From positions 1 through 64,000 of IMG/VR virus record IMGVR_UViG_3300025093_000002: 64,000 nucleotides of DNA. One strand, written 5' to 3'. A model generated the notes under the pieces. The model saw nothing but the letters and a program-made list of their open reading frames with translations. It searched no databases and had not been told where the DNA came from. Below, piece after piece: positions 6,833 through 16,976 of the stretch. This DNA comes from a virus. Made by a program: the position numbers and the translations under genes. Numbering within the stretch: the first letter of the stretch is position 1; each line of letters begins with the position of its first letter.

Positions 6833-9359
6833 AGTTATGGATTGGAATGGCGTAAGACGTGCCACCGATGACCACGACGACCTTGCCGTAGTAAGTGCCA
6901 ATCGCGCCAGTTGAGGTCACTCCGTCCATCTGGAAACCATTGCCAGACCCGTTGCGAACACCCCAGCGGAGATTGCCCGCCTGGTCGAACATACCCGTCA
7001 CAGTGACTCCAGTCGTTCCCGAGTTCTTGCCCTGGATGCCGAAGACGCCGGAAGATTGAACCAAAGAACCCGTAATCGTCTGGCCGTCCGTCGCGCCTGA
7101 GAAGTCCAGACGATTTGTGATGAGCGGGTTGGTGAAGTGGTCTCGTGAGCCGATGGTCACGGAGTTCGCGCGCGCCGGCAGATACCAGTTGGCCTCCACG
7201 CTGCCCGCCGTGCGGGTCGTTATCTGGAGGTGCGACGAATTGACGATATTGCCGCCCGCGTTGATGAGTTGGATGTTCGCGAAGTTTGGCGCACCCGCGA
7301 TATCGAGTTGGATATTGCTTTCCAGGGTCTCGCCAGACAGGCCCGACGAGCCCGCCGTCGTCCCGCCAATACGAGCCTTGTAATCGCATTCGCCTTTGTC
7401 GCCGCAAATCTTGATGTTGCTGTAGTGCGCATAGGCGCAGTTGAGGGCTTCAACCGTCGTGCTCGATGCGATCCACGCCACGCCATCTGGAGACAGACGC
7501 CTCGCAGCAGCCGTCTTCGTCGTGACGACCTGAAGGTCCACATCAACTTGGTGGACACGATTGAGGACAGCATCCTTCTGGCAATTGACCGAAAACCCCT
7601 TGACCCGGATACCCATCGACGTGCCTGACGAGATAGCCGATGAGGCCGCGCCAGCGGCAATCGTACAAGTCGAATAGCAGTCCTCGGCGAAGACCTCGAC
7701 ATCAACACCCATGGCGTTCGCATCGACCGTTTCAAGCACAAGGTCGGCACCGAAGGCATAGAGGCACCCCTTGGCTTTAACCTTGCCGACGAGCGTCCCG
7801 CACTTCTCGGTCGTCGTGAATGGCTGGATGGTTAGCGCCTTGCCGCCGTCGCCATAGGTCGTCTTGTCGAGCGACGGCAGATTGTGGCACTCGACCTCGA
7901 TATGCAGGCGGTCAAAACCGTTGGTCACAGAGACGCCGTTCGAACCCGCCAATCCGGCGTTCATCGAGGTCGATGCGACGGTCTGCGAGATGCCTACGGT
8001 GTATGTCCCGACCCCGCCAGTGCCAGTTCCAAGGGCAGTAATCACGGTGCCACCCGTGACGCCTGTCCCGAAGATGACATCATCGACGCCAAGAGCGCCG
8101 GATGCGACCGCCGTCACAGTGAGCGTCGTGCCAGCTATTTCGCCGGTGAAGATCGCCTTGTCGTTCCCGACCACAGCCTCAATGCGGGGAAAGCCCCGGA
8201 TGCCGAAGTTGTCCATGCCGTTGAGTTGGAACACGTCGGCACCTTCAGCGGAGTTGGTCGCGAAAACCGTTGAGGGGCCATCTGCCAGGATCGAAATGCC
8301 ACCGCAATCAAGCAGGCCGGAAACAATCTGCTGACGGAACGGCATGTTGCGCTGGCCGCTGATCTCGTAGCGATGCCCACCGGGGAAATGCATATCCTGC
8401 CCGGTTTCGAGCGCCAGCGCCCAGACACCCGCAACGCCGTCATAGACGACATCACCAGCCGCAAGGCGGGTTGCTCCGCGTTTGTTGCCCGCGTCGTACG
8501 TGTCCCAATCGAGACGCGGCACGGCATCCATGAACCACAGCGCGTTCAATGGCCCGTCATACGACCGCATCCATGCCTTCGTGACATCAAACGTCGATCG
8601 GATGAAGACGCCGTTCTGTGTGTCCAGATCGACCAGCGTCGAGAAGTCGGCATAGTTGACGAGGAAGAACTGGCCGGCGCGCCCGTCTTGGGTCAGATGC
8701 ACGACCGAATATGCCGCCGTGCTTAGGGCAGCGATTGCAGCGACAGTCGCGACGGGACGGCCGTTGAATGCATTTGTGCCAACGCCGGTCGGATCATACG
8801 TTGCTGCGATCATGTCGCCAGCACCCGCCGCAACCCATCCCGTCGCATAGTCCGTCGCACTGGTCTTCGCCAGAACCTGGCCTGTCGTGCCGCCTGCCGG
8901 GACAAGACGGGTCGATGCGGGCTGAATGGCCGTGTCTGCCGTCGCGCCCTGCGCTGCCGTGGCATAGGCCGTTGCGTCGGTCGTGGCTGCTGTGCCAAGG
9001 CCAAGCGTCGTGCGTTGCGCCGCTGCGTCAGCATCATCGACCAGCGCTCGACCGGCTGCCGTGAAGTCAGCCAGCGCCCAAGTCCCCGCACCCGTCGCAT
9101 AAGGCAACTTGTCGGCAGCGCTCGTCAGGGCTGCGAGGGCCGCAAGGTCCGCGTCATATGCCTGAACGGTGACGCCGATGGTCGAAGACAGCACATAGTC
9201 CGCCAGAGTCGTCGTCAGGGCCGTGCTGGTGACGTAACTCGCAAGCGTTGCCGCCAGCCCGGACGGAACGACAACCTTGTCGGAAATCGCCCCCGCCTGC
9301 GTCTCGGCATCAGATGCTGTGGGGATCTCGAACGAATGCGTATGGTACGCGATGGTCAT
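6825..9359 (-). CDS. Tailspike/tail fibre (receptor-binding, probable beta-helix)
   Basis: [22 protein letters not shown]...ARTTLGLG-type fibre motifs followed by a long beta-rich body. Confidence 0.8.
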   Translation of the reverse strand: MTIAYHTHSFEIPTASDAETQAGAISDKVVVPSGLAATLASYVTSTALTTTLADYVLSSTIGVTVQAYDADLAALAALTSAADKLPYATGAGTWALADFTAAGRALVDDADAAAQRTTLGLGTAATTDATAYATAAQGATADTAIQPASTRLVPAGGTTGQVLAKTSATDYATGWVAAGAGDMIAATYDPTGVGTNAFNGRPVATVAAIAALSTAAYSVVHLTQDGRAGQFFLVNYADFSTLVDLDTQNGVFIRSTFDVTKAWMRSYDGPLNALWFMDAVPRLDWDTYDAGNKRGATRLAAGDVVYDGVAGVWALALETGQDMHFPGGHRYEISGQRNMPFRQQIVSGLLDCGGISILADGPSTVFATNSAEGADVFQLNGMDNFGIRGFPRIEAVVGNDKAIFTGEIAGTTLTVTAVASGALGVDDVIFGTGVTGGTVITALGTGTGGVGTYTVGISQTVASTSMNAGLAGSNGVSVTNGFDRLHIEVECHNLPSLDKTTYGDGGKALTIQPFTTTEKCGTLVGKVKAKGCLYAFGADLVLETVDANAMGVDVEVFAEDCYSTCTIAAGAASSAISSGTSMGIRVKGFSVNCQKDAVLNRVHQVDVDLQVVTTKTAAARRLSPDGVAWIASSTTVEALNCAYAHYSNIKICGDKGECDYKARIGGTTAGSSGLSGETLESNIQLDIAGAPNFANIQLINAGGNIVNSSHLQITTRTAGSVEANWYLPARANSVTIGSRDHFTNPLITNRLDFSGATDGQTITGSLVQSSGVFGIQGKNSGTTGVTVTGMFDQAGNLRWGVRNGSGNGFQMDGVTSTGAIGTYYGKVVVVIGGTSYAIPIHNFS

Positions 9360-9374
9360 GGTGCGGCACCCAAT

Positions 9375-9399
9375 AAAAAAGCCGCCTCAAAAGGGCGGC
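9375..9399 (-). terminator. Intrinsic terminator directly upstream of the tailspike
   Basis: GCCGCC-CTTTTGA-GGCGGC-TTTTTT on the minus strand; near-identical copy at 53320-53342. Confidence 0.7.
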
Positions 9400-9451
9400 A
9401 GGTCAGTCGGCAGGGCTTGGGAAGTTTAGGGCGCTTTGAGCGCCATCAGGC

Positions 9452-9679
9452 TTAGACGCGGATGCGAAGTTCGCCCGTCGCGGTCTTATAGATATCGTTG
9501 AGGGCAAGACCGCCCGCGACAGCGGCAGCGTTGTCAGCATAGGTCGGCACGTCGATGCGCTTCAAAAGCGCATTGAGCGGGCAGTGGACCAGTTGGTTAT
9601 TGACAAACAGGACGACACGGATCGCAGCGGGGTCGCTGATTTCCGAAATGGCTGGGGCTGAAAAGCGGGGCTGTTCCAT
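9452..9679 (-). CDS. Small tail-associated protein
   Basis: YADNAAAVAGGL-x-D-x-Y motif seen in phage tail proteins; coupled to the collar gene. Confidence 0.6.
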   Translation of the reverse strand: MEQPRFSAPAISEISDPAAIRVVLFVNNQLVHCPLNALLKRIDVPTYADNAAAVAGGLALNDIYKTATGELRIRV

Positions 9680-10689
9680 CAGATTTTGATGATCTTGTTG
9701 AAGACAATACCGGGCTGGACGTTGTTGTGAGGTTCGCCCGTGCCCGATGCCGTGATTGTGTGCGCGTGGTCGGGCGCGCTATTCCCGGTCAAGACATCGC
9801 TAACGCCTTGGGGCGTGCCGCTGGTCTGGAAAAACGCGCCCCCCGAACCAGAAATTGCGCCAAGCGGGATATTGACTGAAATTGCATGACCGCCCGCTGA
9901 ACCAGTTGCCCCGCCGTGGTCGTGCGGGCCATTCTGAGAAGCAGTTAGGATGTGCCTTTCCGCGCCACCCGTCGCGCCTAGCACATCTCCGTTGATGCCC
10001 TCTGAGAAGCCGTTCAGGCGGTCAGCGGACGTGCCGCCCATGTTGTCCTTGCCGACTGTATTGCGGCCCCGGATGTCGGGAAGGTTGAACGTGGTCGATC
10101 CGTCGCCCGCCCCGTAGGTCGTGCCGATAGCCGCGAACAGGTCGGCATACGTGGTGCGCGAGACGGCCTGGCCATAGCAAAGCAGCCAACCTTCAGGTGC
10201 ATTGATGCCCGCATAATCCGTCACCACGCCGGATGGCGTTGCTGACAGGGTAGGATTGAGAAGCAGCCACGCGCCATTGCCGGAATTGAGATCGGTCGAG
10301 TACTGGACCGTGTACATCGCGCCGGACTGAATTTCGCGACCAGCGAGCGCAATGATGCCGCCACCCGTCGCCTTCAGGACAGGCTTAGCCCCTGTCGCAT
10401 TGACGTTCAGCGTGGTTGATTGTGTATTGGTGGCAATCGCGCGAAAGGACACGATCCGACCATTTGCAAGCGTGGTGAACGCGCTCTGCGCTGAAACTGC
10501 GATGACGTTGGCCGTGCCGGTCGCGACGATAGACCCGCCAATGTCAACCAGTATCTCCTTAACGCGGCCCATCATCACGCGGGCAGAGTCGTTGACGCTG
10601 GCCGGCGACATGCCTTCGGCCCAATCAATCGCGCTGTCCGCGTTCGCGTTGTTGGCCGCGATCACGTCCCAATTGTAGATGTTTGCCAT
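9679..10689 (-). CDS. Tail fibre with phage tail-collar domain
   Basis: APEGWLLCYGQAVSRTTYADLFAAIGTTYGAGDGSTTFNLPDIRGR collar motif. Confidence 0.88.
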   Translation of the reverse strand: MANIYNWDVIAANNANADSAIDWAEGMSPASVNDSARVMMGRVKEILVDIGGSIVATGTANVIAVSAQSAFTTLANGRIVSFRAIATNTQSTTLNVNATGAKPVLKATGGGIIALAGREIQSGAMYTVQYSTDLNSGNGAWLLLNPTLSATPSGVVTDYAGINAPEGWLLCYGQAVSRTTYADLFAAIGTTYGAGDGSTTFNLPDIRGRNTVGKDNMGGTSADRLNGFSEGINGDVLGATGGAERHILTASQNGPHDHGGATGSAGGHAISVNIPLGAISGSGGAFFQTSGTPQGVSDVLTGNSAPDHAHTITASGTGEPHNNVQPGIVFNKIIKI

Positions 10690-10698
10690 GGGCTGTTC

Positions 10699-11463
10699 CT
10701 ATGCGCGACGCGGCATCCGCTTGCTCATGAGCAAGTCGGCCACCGTGGGGTTGTTGAGGACGTTGGAGAGGGCGTTCGCCTGCGCCTGCGACGGGCCACC
10801 GGGGAAGCGGCCAAGCGGTGCGGCGGGCATGGTTTCGAGCGAGGACAGAAAACTGGCGATCGGGTTGCCGCCCTTCGGCTCCGGGGCGGTTGCGTATTCG
10901 GCCACGTCAACCGGCACAGGTGACGGCGCGGGCATGTCGGGCATTGCCATCGGAGAAGGCAGCATTGCGCCGAAGGGCGACTGTTGAGCGGGTGTCGAGG
11001 GCGTTGGCCCGCCCTGCATGGCAAGAAGCTGCTCCGCCTTGCGGCGGTGGTCGGCCATCTGCTTTTCGACCTTGTCGCGGACGGTTCCGGGAGCGCCGCC
11101 ATTGTTTGCGTCAGAGCGGTTGTAGAGGCCGGGAGCGCCGGCATTGACGGTGCTGTAGGCGTCCAGCATCCCCATGCCGGGCTTCCAGCCAGAGGACCGG
11201 AAGTAGCGCGCCACCGCGCCGTCCTCGCCTAGCTGACTGGCAAGCGCCGCATCTGGGCTTGAGAAATCGACGCCGTGCTGCTTGGCCTGCGGCTCGCCAA
11301 ACTGGATCAGTCCGCGATGCTGCCCCCATTGCGTCGTGGGCCCAGCCTTCATCGGGTCGAACGTGCCGGCCGTCTCGTAGGAGATGATGGTCGCCAGATC
11401 GAGCGGGTTCATTCCAAGCGAGCGCGCCGTCGCGACGATGCCGGAACGGAGGTCTGTTGCCAT
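10699..11463 (-). CDS. Virion-associated lysozyme/transglycosylase-fold protein
   Basis: LATIISYETAGTFDP...GLIQF lysozyme-like motif; located in the ejection region. Confidence 0.65.
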   Translation of the reverse strand: MATDLRSGIVATARSLGMNPLDLATIISYETAGTFDPMKAGPTTQWGQHRGLIQFGEPQAKQHGVDFSSPDAALASQLGEDGAVARYFRSSGWKPGMGMLDAYSTVNAGAPGLYNRSDANNGGAPGTVRDKVEKQMADHRRKAEQLLAMQGGPTPSTPAQQSPFGAMLPSPMAMPDMPAPSPVPVDVAEYATAPEPKGGNPIASFLSSLETMPAAPLGRFPGGPSQAQANALSNVLNNPTVADLLMSKRMPRRA

Positions 11464-11479
11464 TCACGTTGCCCCAAAG

Positions 11480-11508
11480 AAAAAGGGGCGCCCGAATGGA
11501 CACCCCTA
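11480..11508 (-). terminator. Intrinsic terminator
   Basis: AGGGGTGTCC-ATTC-GGGCGCCCCT-TTTT on the minus strand. Confidence 0.6.
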
Positions 11509-11545
11509 CTGTTCGTGATTATCTTGCGCCCTACTTGGAGGGCTG

Positions 11546-11917
11546 ATGACGCTTGTAGAATTTTACCCACCAGTGGCAGCGGCCACCTTCTTATCCGCGC
11601 TATGGTTTCTTGTGGCCTACCGCTTTCACAAGACCGAGACCCCGGGTGCCGAGAGGTTCAGGTATTTGATCTGGATGCTTTTGCTGCCGGGGTCTTTGCT
11701 ATTCTTTTTTTGGCAACACGGCTGGGAAGCGCCTCTGTCCACATACTTTGAAAGATTTATGGGCGCGCTGGCTGGCGTCAGCATGGGCGCTTTAGGCGTT
11801 TTTCTTATCCAAACGACGTTCTTCGAGAGCCACAGCCACGCAAAGGAAGCAGGTCTCAAATACGTTTATCTGGGGCTGTATTTGGTCTTCCTAGGTTCTG
11901 GTTTTTTTGTTTTTTAG
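11546..11917 (+). CDS. 4-TM membrane moron (possible superinfection exclusion)
   Basis: AT-richer, opposite strand, GGAGG RBS, next to DNA ejection genes. Confidence 0.6.
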   Translation: MTLVEFYPPVAAATFLSALWFLVAYRFHKTETPGAERFRYLIWMLLLPGSLLFFFWQHGWEAPLSTYFERFMGALAGVSMGALGVFLIQTTFFESHSHAKEAGLKYVYLGLYLVFLGSGFFVF

Positions 11918-13881
11918 GGCGCGGCAAGCCTGCCGGTCCCTGAAGCGCCCATATTAACGACGATTGCTTGAGCCAGCGCACGACGCCCATCTGAGCGGGC
12001 GGCCGAACTTGCCCCTGCGTTTATAAGCCTGCGAGCCGCCTGAGGGTTCGTTTCCAGCAGTGTCCGCGCAATGTTTTCCATCACCGATGGCGGCATACCT
12101 CTGGCCTCGTTCGCCATCTTAGTCACGGCGTCGATGACAGCAGCGATCGGGCGACCGCGTAGCAGGTTCGTCATGACGCCAGTGTCGAACTTCGACATTT
12201 CAGCAGCGTCGGCCAGATTATCAGCCGTGCGAGATCCACCCATTGCGGCATTGGCCGTTTCAAACATGCGCTGTTCGCGGGCGATCCTGCGCCCCATGCG
12301 GTCGGCTCGCTGAGGGATTGCAAAGGCCGGAAACTCCTGCCCCGTCTTTTCCGTCATTAGCGGCCGAGCCCGGTTGGTGGTCGGAGAAACAGAGGATGCT
12401 TCGACGCGGGCAATCATGGGGTCGGCATATCCCGCGCGGAATGCCATCTGCTCGCCAGGCTCCATAGACTGGAACTGCCGGATGTTGTCTGCCGCCCGAG
12501 CGCGAGATGAAGTCGCCGCGCGGCCCGCCTCGACAGCATCAATGGTTCGGCTTTGCGCCCTGAATGCGTCATTTGCCGAGCGATATTGAGGCGATGCGCG
12601 CTCCAAGGCCGCGTCAAGCTGGCTGTTGACCTGTGTGAGCAGCCGAACCTGATTGTTCTTTCCTTGGCGCTGCGCAGAGCCGATCATATCGGCGATGTCC
12701 TGCTTTGCGCGCAGCACGCTATCGAAGTCGGTGAGGTTAGACCGACCGTCAGTAATAAGCGAGCGGGCGCGGCGGATGACGCCTTCCAAACTGTCGTCGG
12801 CAATACCAGAACCAGGGTTGGCGATCCTGTTCACGCCGGGAGTAATGATGTCGTCGGCGGCTCGGATCGCACCGGAAACGTCAACAGCGCCTGCACCCTG
12901 ACGTGCGGCCTCGTAGTTGACATTGGCGAGAGCCGCCCGTTCTGCCTCCAACGAGGCCGCGCGGGAAGCCGCTGTATCGGGCGCATTGAACCCTTCGGCA
13001 AGCGCACGCGTCAGGCGTTCACCCTGCCCCATCTGGCGCTGCGTCAAAGTATCGACAACGGTCTGGCGCATTTCGTTAGGGGTGCGCGCGACCGTTGAAA
13101 GCATCCGTTGGCCGGAATTGCCCATGGCGTCAGCCACGTTAAATACGCCCTGATCATCCGCCTGCGCTCGCGCAAGAGCATTCGTGATGTCGTCTGCCGT
13201 CATTCCAGAGCGGCGGATACCTTCTCCAAGCGCGCGGTTCGCATAAACTTCCGGTCGCATCCGCGACATGATCGGAGCGGCCAACGCCTTTGCACCTGCG
13301 CCGACTCCTGCAATGGCATAGGGGGCGGCTGCCCCCATGACACCTCCGAGGCCTGCGCCAACGCCAGCGCTTTGGATGCGTCCACCGGCCCCTTCGCCGC
13401 TTCCCGCGCCATGCAGCCCGCCAAGAATAGCGCCATCCGCCGCGCCGCCCACCGCAACACGGCCGAGGTTTTGACCGGCATTCGCGGCATTTGCACCCAG
13501 CGACAGACCGGAGCGAGCCAAGCCGACACCGCCGCCAACACCGCCGGCTACCTGCCCGCCTACACGATAACCAAAACGGTCCTCGGCATCTGACGCATCT
13601 ATGCCGCGCTGGCGGTCCAGTTCAGCGTTATAGTCACCAAGGAGACCGAAACCAGTCCCAAGACCAGCGGCGATTTCATCCGCCATACCAAGAGAAAGCG
13701 TGTCGGCAGCGCCGCGCATGACGGTATCGACCTTGCCCATAAAGCTATCGCGCGGGTCAGCCGGAGCATCGGAAGACGCCGCGCCTACATGCTGCTGAAG
13801 CGCCTTGAATGCACCTTCGGCCGTCTCTCCCTGGACACGGTACGTCTTGCCGTCAGGGCCGGTGATCTGAAACGTCGCCAT
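11914..13881 (-). CDS. DNA ejection/internal virion protein
   Basis: MATFQITGPDGKTYRV start, Gly/Ala-rich segment, P22-like position. Confidence 0.7.
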   Translation of the reverse strand: MATFQITGPDGKTYRVQGETAEGAFKALQQHVGAASSDAPADPRDSFMGKVDTVMRGAADTLSLGMADEIAAGLGTGFGLLGDYNAELDRQRGIDASDAEDRFGYRVGGQVAGGVGGGVGLARSGLSLGANAANAGQNLGRVAVGGAADGAILGGLHGAGSGEGAGGRIQSAGVGAGLGGVMGAAAPYAIAGVGAGAKALAAPIMSRMRPEVYANRALGEGIRRSGMTADDITNALARAQADDQGVFNVADAMGNSGQRMLSTVARTPNEMRQTVVDTLTQRQMGQGERLTRALAEGFNAPDTAASRAASLEAERAALANVNYEAARQGAGAVDVSGAIRAADDIITPGVNRIANPGSGIADDSLEGVIRRARSLITDGRSNLTDFDSVLRAKQDIADMIGSAQRQGKNNQVRLLTQVNSQLDAALERASPQYRSANDAFRAQSRTIDAVEAGRAATSSRARAADNIRQFQSMEPGEQMAFRAGYADPMIARVEASSVSPTTNRARPLMTEKTGQEFPAFAIPQRADRMGRRIAREQRMFETANAAMGGSRTADNLADAAEMSKFDTGVMTNLLRGRPIAAVIDAVTKMANEARGMPPSVMENIARTLLETNPQAARRLINAGASSAARSDGRRALAQAIVVNMGASGTGRLAAP

Positions 13882-15188
13882 CAGTCCACCTGCTCAATCG
13901 TGTATCCGTCGATGGTTACTGGCTGCCGAGGCCCGCCCGTCTTTTGAAGCGCCTTCTCTTGCGCAACGATGGCCTGCGGCGGCATTCCCGCCTTGATTGC
14001 ATTGAGGGCGCGCTGACGCGACAGGCGCTTCTGTTCGAGAACGGCAGGACCGTCGCCCGGGCGCGGCAGATAGACCGAACCATACTCAGCCACCTCTTCC
14101 TTCGTGATGGCGGCGCCAGTGTCCTTGCGCAGGATGGCTTGCAGAAACTCTTGGCCGGCTTGTTCTGCTTGCTGATACTCTTCGGTCTTCATGTAATTGC
14201 CGACGAACGGCACGCGGGCACCCATGGACTCGTCAAAGCGAGCTAGCGCTTCGCCATACTGGTCAATCATTGGGAGCGAACCTTCCGCGCGGGTGGCGTA
14301 GACGGCGTCCTTGCTCTGCCCCTCGGTCAGCGGCTTGATGTTGCCGCCCTGCTGGAACGTGACAGCGCCCGTTTCGGGGTCCACCTGAAGGCTCATACCG
14401 CCCTTCTTGGAGGCTTCCCAATCCTGATATGTGCCGGGGAAGCCCTGATCCCGAGCATATTCGTATTCGCGAACGCCAGCCGGCAAATCGGCTTGCCCGC
14501 TGTCGGGGGCGATTACCCATTCTCCGGTCTGCTGGTCATAGAGGCGGCCATCGCCAGCGTTGATGAGCTGACGCTCCTGCCCGAAGTTCGCGATTTCCTC
14601 GCCCGTCTGGGCATCCACGAGCCGGCCATTGATCGTTACCGTTTCGCGTTTTGGGTTCAACCGATCCTGAATGTCGAGCTGAAGCTTTGCCAGTTCCAGC
14701 GCGGCCTTCGGGTCAGCGCCCTTCGTGCGGTCGAGAAGGTAGCTCTGCAGCGCGTTCTTGTTGCCGGCCATGAGCGTGGCCGTGCCCTCGTCCATGCCCT
14801 GCGTCTGAAGCCACTGAACCGTCTGGTTGCGGCCTGCTGCACCCGGATTGAAGATGTTGCCAAGGAATGACCCGATACCACCGCCAGAAGGCGCTTCCGA
14901 CACACCGGAGCGCGACAGCGGCTGCTGAGACTGCATCGGTGCCGGCTGAGCCTGCTGGGCAGCATAGGGCGCAGGAGCGGACGGGAAGCCCTGCGCATCG
15001 AGCGTGAACGGCTGCGCCTGCTGTGCAGGTGCCGACATGCTCGACAGCGCGTTGTGATAGGCAAGCATACCGGGGCCGGCCGCACCTGGGCCTTCCAGCA
15101 TGTCAGGCGCAAGGCCAAGACGGTTCGGCATCGGCTGGACCGGCGCACCACCGCCCAAGAGGCGCTGTAGAAAATCCTGAAGCATCAC
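13881..15188 (-). CDS. DNA ejection/internal virion protein
   Basis: LRKDTGAAITKEE...YLPRPGD motif; position. Confidence 0.7.
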   Translation of the reverse strand: MMLQDFLQRLLGGGAPVQPMPNRLGLAPDMLEGPGAAGPGMLAYHNALSSMSAPAQQAQPFTLDAQGFPSAPAPYAAQQAQPAPMQSQQPLSRSGVSEAPSGGGIGSFLGNIFNPGAAGRNQTVQWLQTQGMDEGTATLMAGNKNALQSYLLDRTKGADPKAALELAKLQLDIQDRLNPKRETVTINGRLVDAQTGEEIANFGQERQLINAGDGRLYDQQTGEWVIAPDSGQADLPAGVREYEYARDQGFPGTYQDWEASKKGGMSLQVDPETGAVTFQQGGNIKPLTEGQSKDAVYATRAEGSLPMIDQYGEALARFDESMGARVPFVGNYMKTEEYQQAEQAGQEFLQAILRKDTGAAITKEEVAEYGSVYLPRPGDGPAVLEQKRLSRQRALNAIKAGMPPQAIVAQEKALQKTGGPRQPVTIDGYTIEQVD

Positions 15189-15550
15189 TTGCCTCCCGAA
15201 AGACCGGCTGCCTGCGCATTCATGCCCCGAGCCGCCATCCCCGCCTGAGACGGGAACTTCGGCGTCTGCATCGGTGCCGACATGGCTGGGGCAGCGTTTG
15301 CTGGCATCCCACCAAAGTTCTTGCCCAATTCCTCAAGCAGGCCTGGTGCAAGGCCAATTGCCATGCCCGGTTCGTATTGCGTGTATTGCGGCGCAGGGGC
15401 AGCGGCAGGAGACGGGGCTTGCGCCTGCTGGCGGGGCATCATCGAGAAGAACTGCGACAGGTCGAACTGCGGCATCTGCGGCGCCTGAATACGAGCCACC
15501 TGCTGCTCGACCGGCATGTTGTTCGGACGGAACATGTCAGCGTAGGACAT
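15185..15550 (-). CDS. Small Pro/Gln/Met-rich virion protein
   Basis: Coupled ORF within the ejection operon. Confidence 0.55.
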   Translation of the reverse strand: MSYADMFRPNNMPVEQQVARIQAPQMPQFDLSQFFSMMPRQQAQAPSPAAAPAPQYTQYEPGMAIGLAPGLLEELGKNFGGMPANAAPAMSAPMQTPKFPSQAGMAARGMNAQAAGLSGGK

Positions 15551-16542
15551 CAGGCGACCCTTTCCATGGCAAAGCCGATCTGGCCGTAATCGACCGCGAA
15601 GAAGCCGTCGTCTTCAAGAATGAGCGCGGGATCGCCCATTGGCAGTTCCTGCGCCATGACGCCGACATAGCGCTCTGGCTGGCCGACATAGGCGAACTCG
15701 TATAGCTTCAGGCCATTGCGCTCGCCTACAGGTTCGATGTCTTCCTTGAGGCGAATGTCGGACTTGCCGCTCATCATCCCGCCAAGAGCCCCCGCGATGT
15801 TGACCGGGGTACGCTGCGTGGAATTCTGCGTGCCATAGTTGCCCGCTGCACCTGCCGCCGCGCTCTGGAGCATGGCGAGACGGTTCCAGTCCTGGTTGTC
15901 CAGCGCGTAGAACTTCTGCACCTGGTCGCCAAGCTGGGCCTGCGACTGTTGGTCGAGAATGCCACCGGCCTGCAGCGTGGCCCCTGCCCCCGCAAGGCGG
16001 TTCTGGAAGTTCTGCTGAAGCCGGTCGAGGCCCATATTGCGCTGCTGGTCCAGCATCCCGGTGGCGGTAATCTGGTTCTGCGTGTCGCGGTTGAACTGGT
16101 CGGACAGTGCCGAAGCGCGAATGTTGCCGAGACGGTTCGTCAGGACACCAGTGTTCGCCCCCGACCCATAGCGCCCTGCCCCTGAAAACTGGCTCTGGAC
16201 CTGTGCCGCCGTGTCGTCCAACTGCCCGCGAAGCGCGTCGTTGAAATACGGATTGCCTTCCTTCAGCCACTTGCCAGAGGCCATGTCGCCAAGGTTCGCC
16301 GCCGCAGCCGAGCCGCCTACCGGATTATCGCCGGCCGTATTCCAGTTCGCGCCTGCCTGTGCAAGCTGGTTGACGCCTTCCATCGTCGTGCCGGAAAGCG
16401 GCGCAACGGTCGAGCCCATCCATGTGTTGCCGCCCGAGCCGGAGTTGTACAGGTCCATCGCATCGGACGCGGACTTCTCAAACATCGGCTGCGCCCATGC
16501 CGGCGGCTTGTTCTCTTGCGTGGATTTGCTCGTCTTGCTCAT
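15550..16542 (-). CDS. Ejection/pilot-like protein with C-terminal peptidase S74 (intramolecular chaperone) domain
   Basis: SDIRLKEDIEPVG...GVMAQE...VDY. Confidence 0.75.
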   Translation of the reverse strand: MSKTSKSTQENKPPAWAQPMFEKSASDAMDLYNSGSGGNTWMGSTVAPLSGTTMEGVNQLAQAGANWNTAGDNPVGGSAAAANLGDMASGKWLKEGNPYFNDALRGQLDDTAAQVQSQFSGAGRYGSGANTGVLTNRLGNIRASALSDQFNRDTQNQITATGMLDQQRNMGLDRLQQNFQNRLAGAGATLQAGGILDQQSQAQLGDQVQKFYALDNQDWNRLAMLQSAAAGAAGNYGTQNSTQRTPVNIAGALGGMMSGKSDIRLKEDIEPVGERNGLKLYEFAYVGQPERYVGVMAQELPMGDPALILEDDGFFAVDYGQIGFAMERVA

Positions 16543-16976
16543 GCGACAGGCTTCCTGAAAATCACCGCGTATTCACGGTATCCCTGTTTGGCGAGTGCCC
16601 TGCTCCATCCCCGCCGACCTTCAGCCGCCGTAAAATGTGCACCCTGTTCCTTGGCCCACGCTTCGATCGTGCTGCACATCTCCGGCACGCAATTGATGCC
16701 TGCTTCCCCGGCATGGCTCGTCAGCGTCACCACCTTGACGCCCGTCGCATCGACCGTGCGCACATTGGTCAGGCAGAACGAGACGAAGCGGTCCTTCTCA
16801 TCGAGGATCAGCCACAACTGGCGAACCCCGGTCACGATGTCCTGCCCCAGCGATTGAACCGTCACGTCCTCGGGGAACTTGTCGGCCAGCTTCTTCATCG
16901 CAGCCGTCACGTCCTTGGTGAACGGAGCGAGCTGTTCCCACTGCCAGTCCTGCGTATTCACGACGCGATAGGTCAT
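16539..16976 (-). CDS. GNAT-fold head/tail assembly protein
   Basis: IEAWAKEQGA...GRRGWSRAL motif; coupled start ATG 16976. Confidence 0.65.
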   Translation of the reverse strand: MTYRVVNTQDWQWEQLAPFTKDVTAAMKKLADKFPEDVTVQSLGQDIVTGVRQLWLILDEKDRFVSFCLTNVRTVDATGVKVVTLTSHAGEAGINCVPEMCSTIEAWAKEQGAHFTAAEGRRGWSRALAKQGYREYAVIFRKPVA

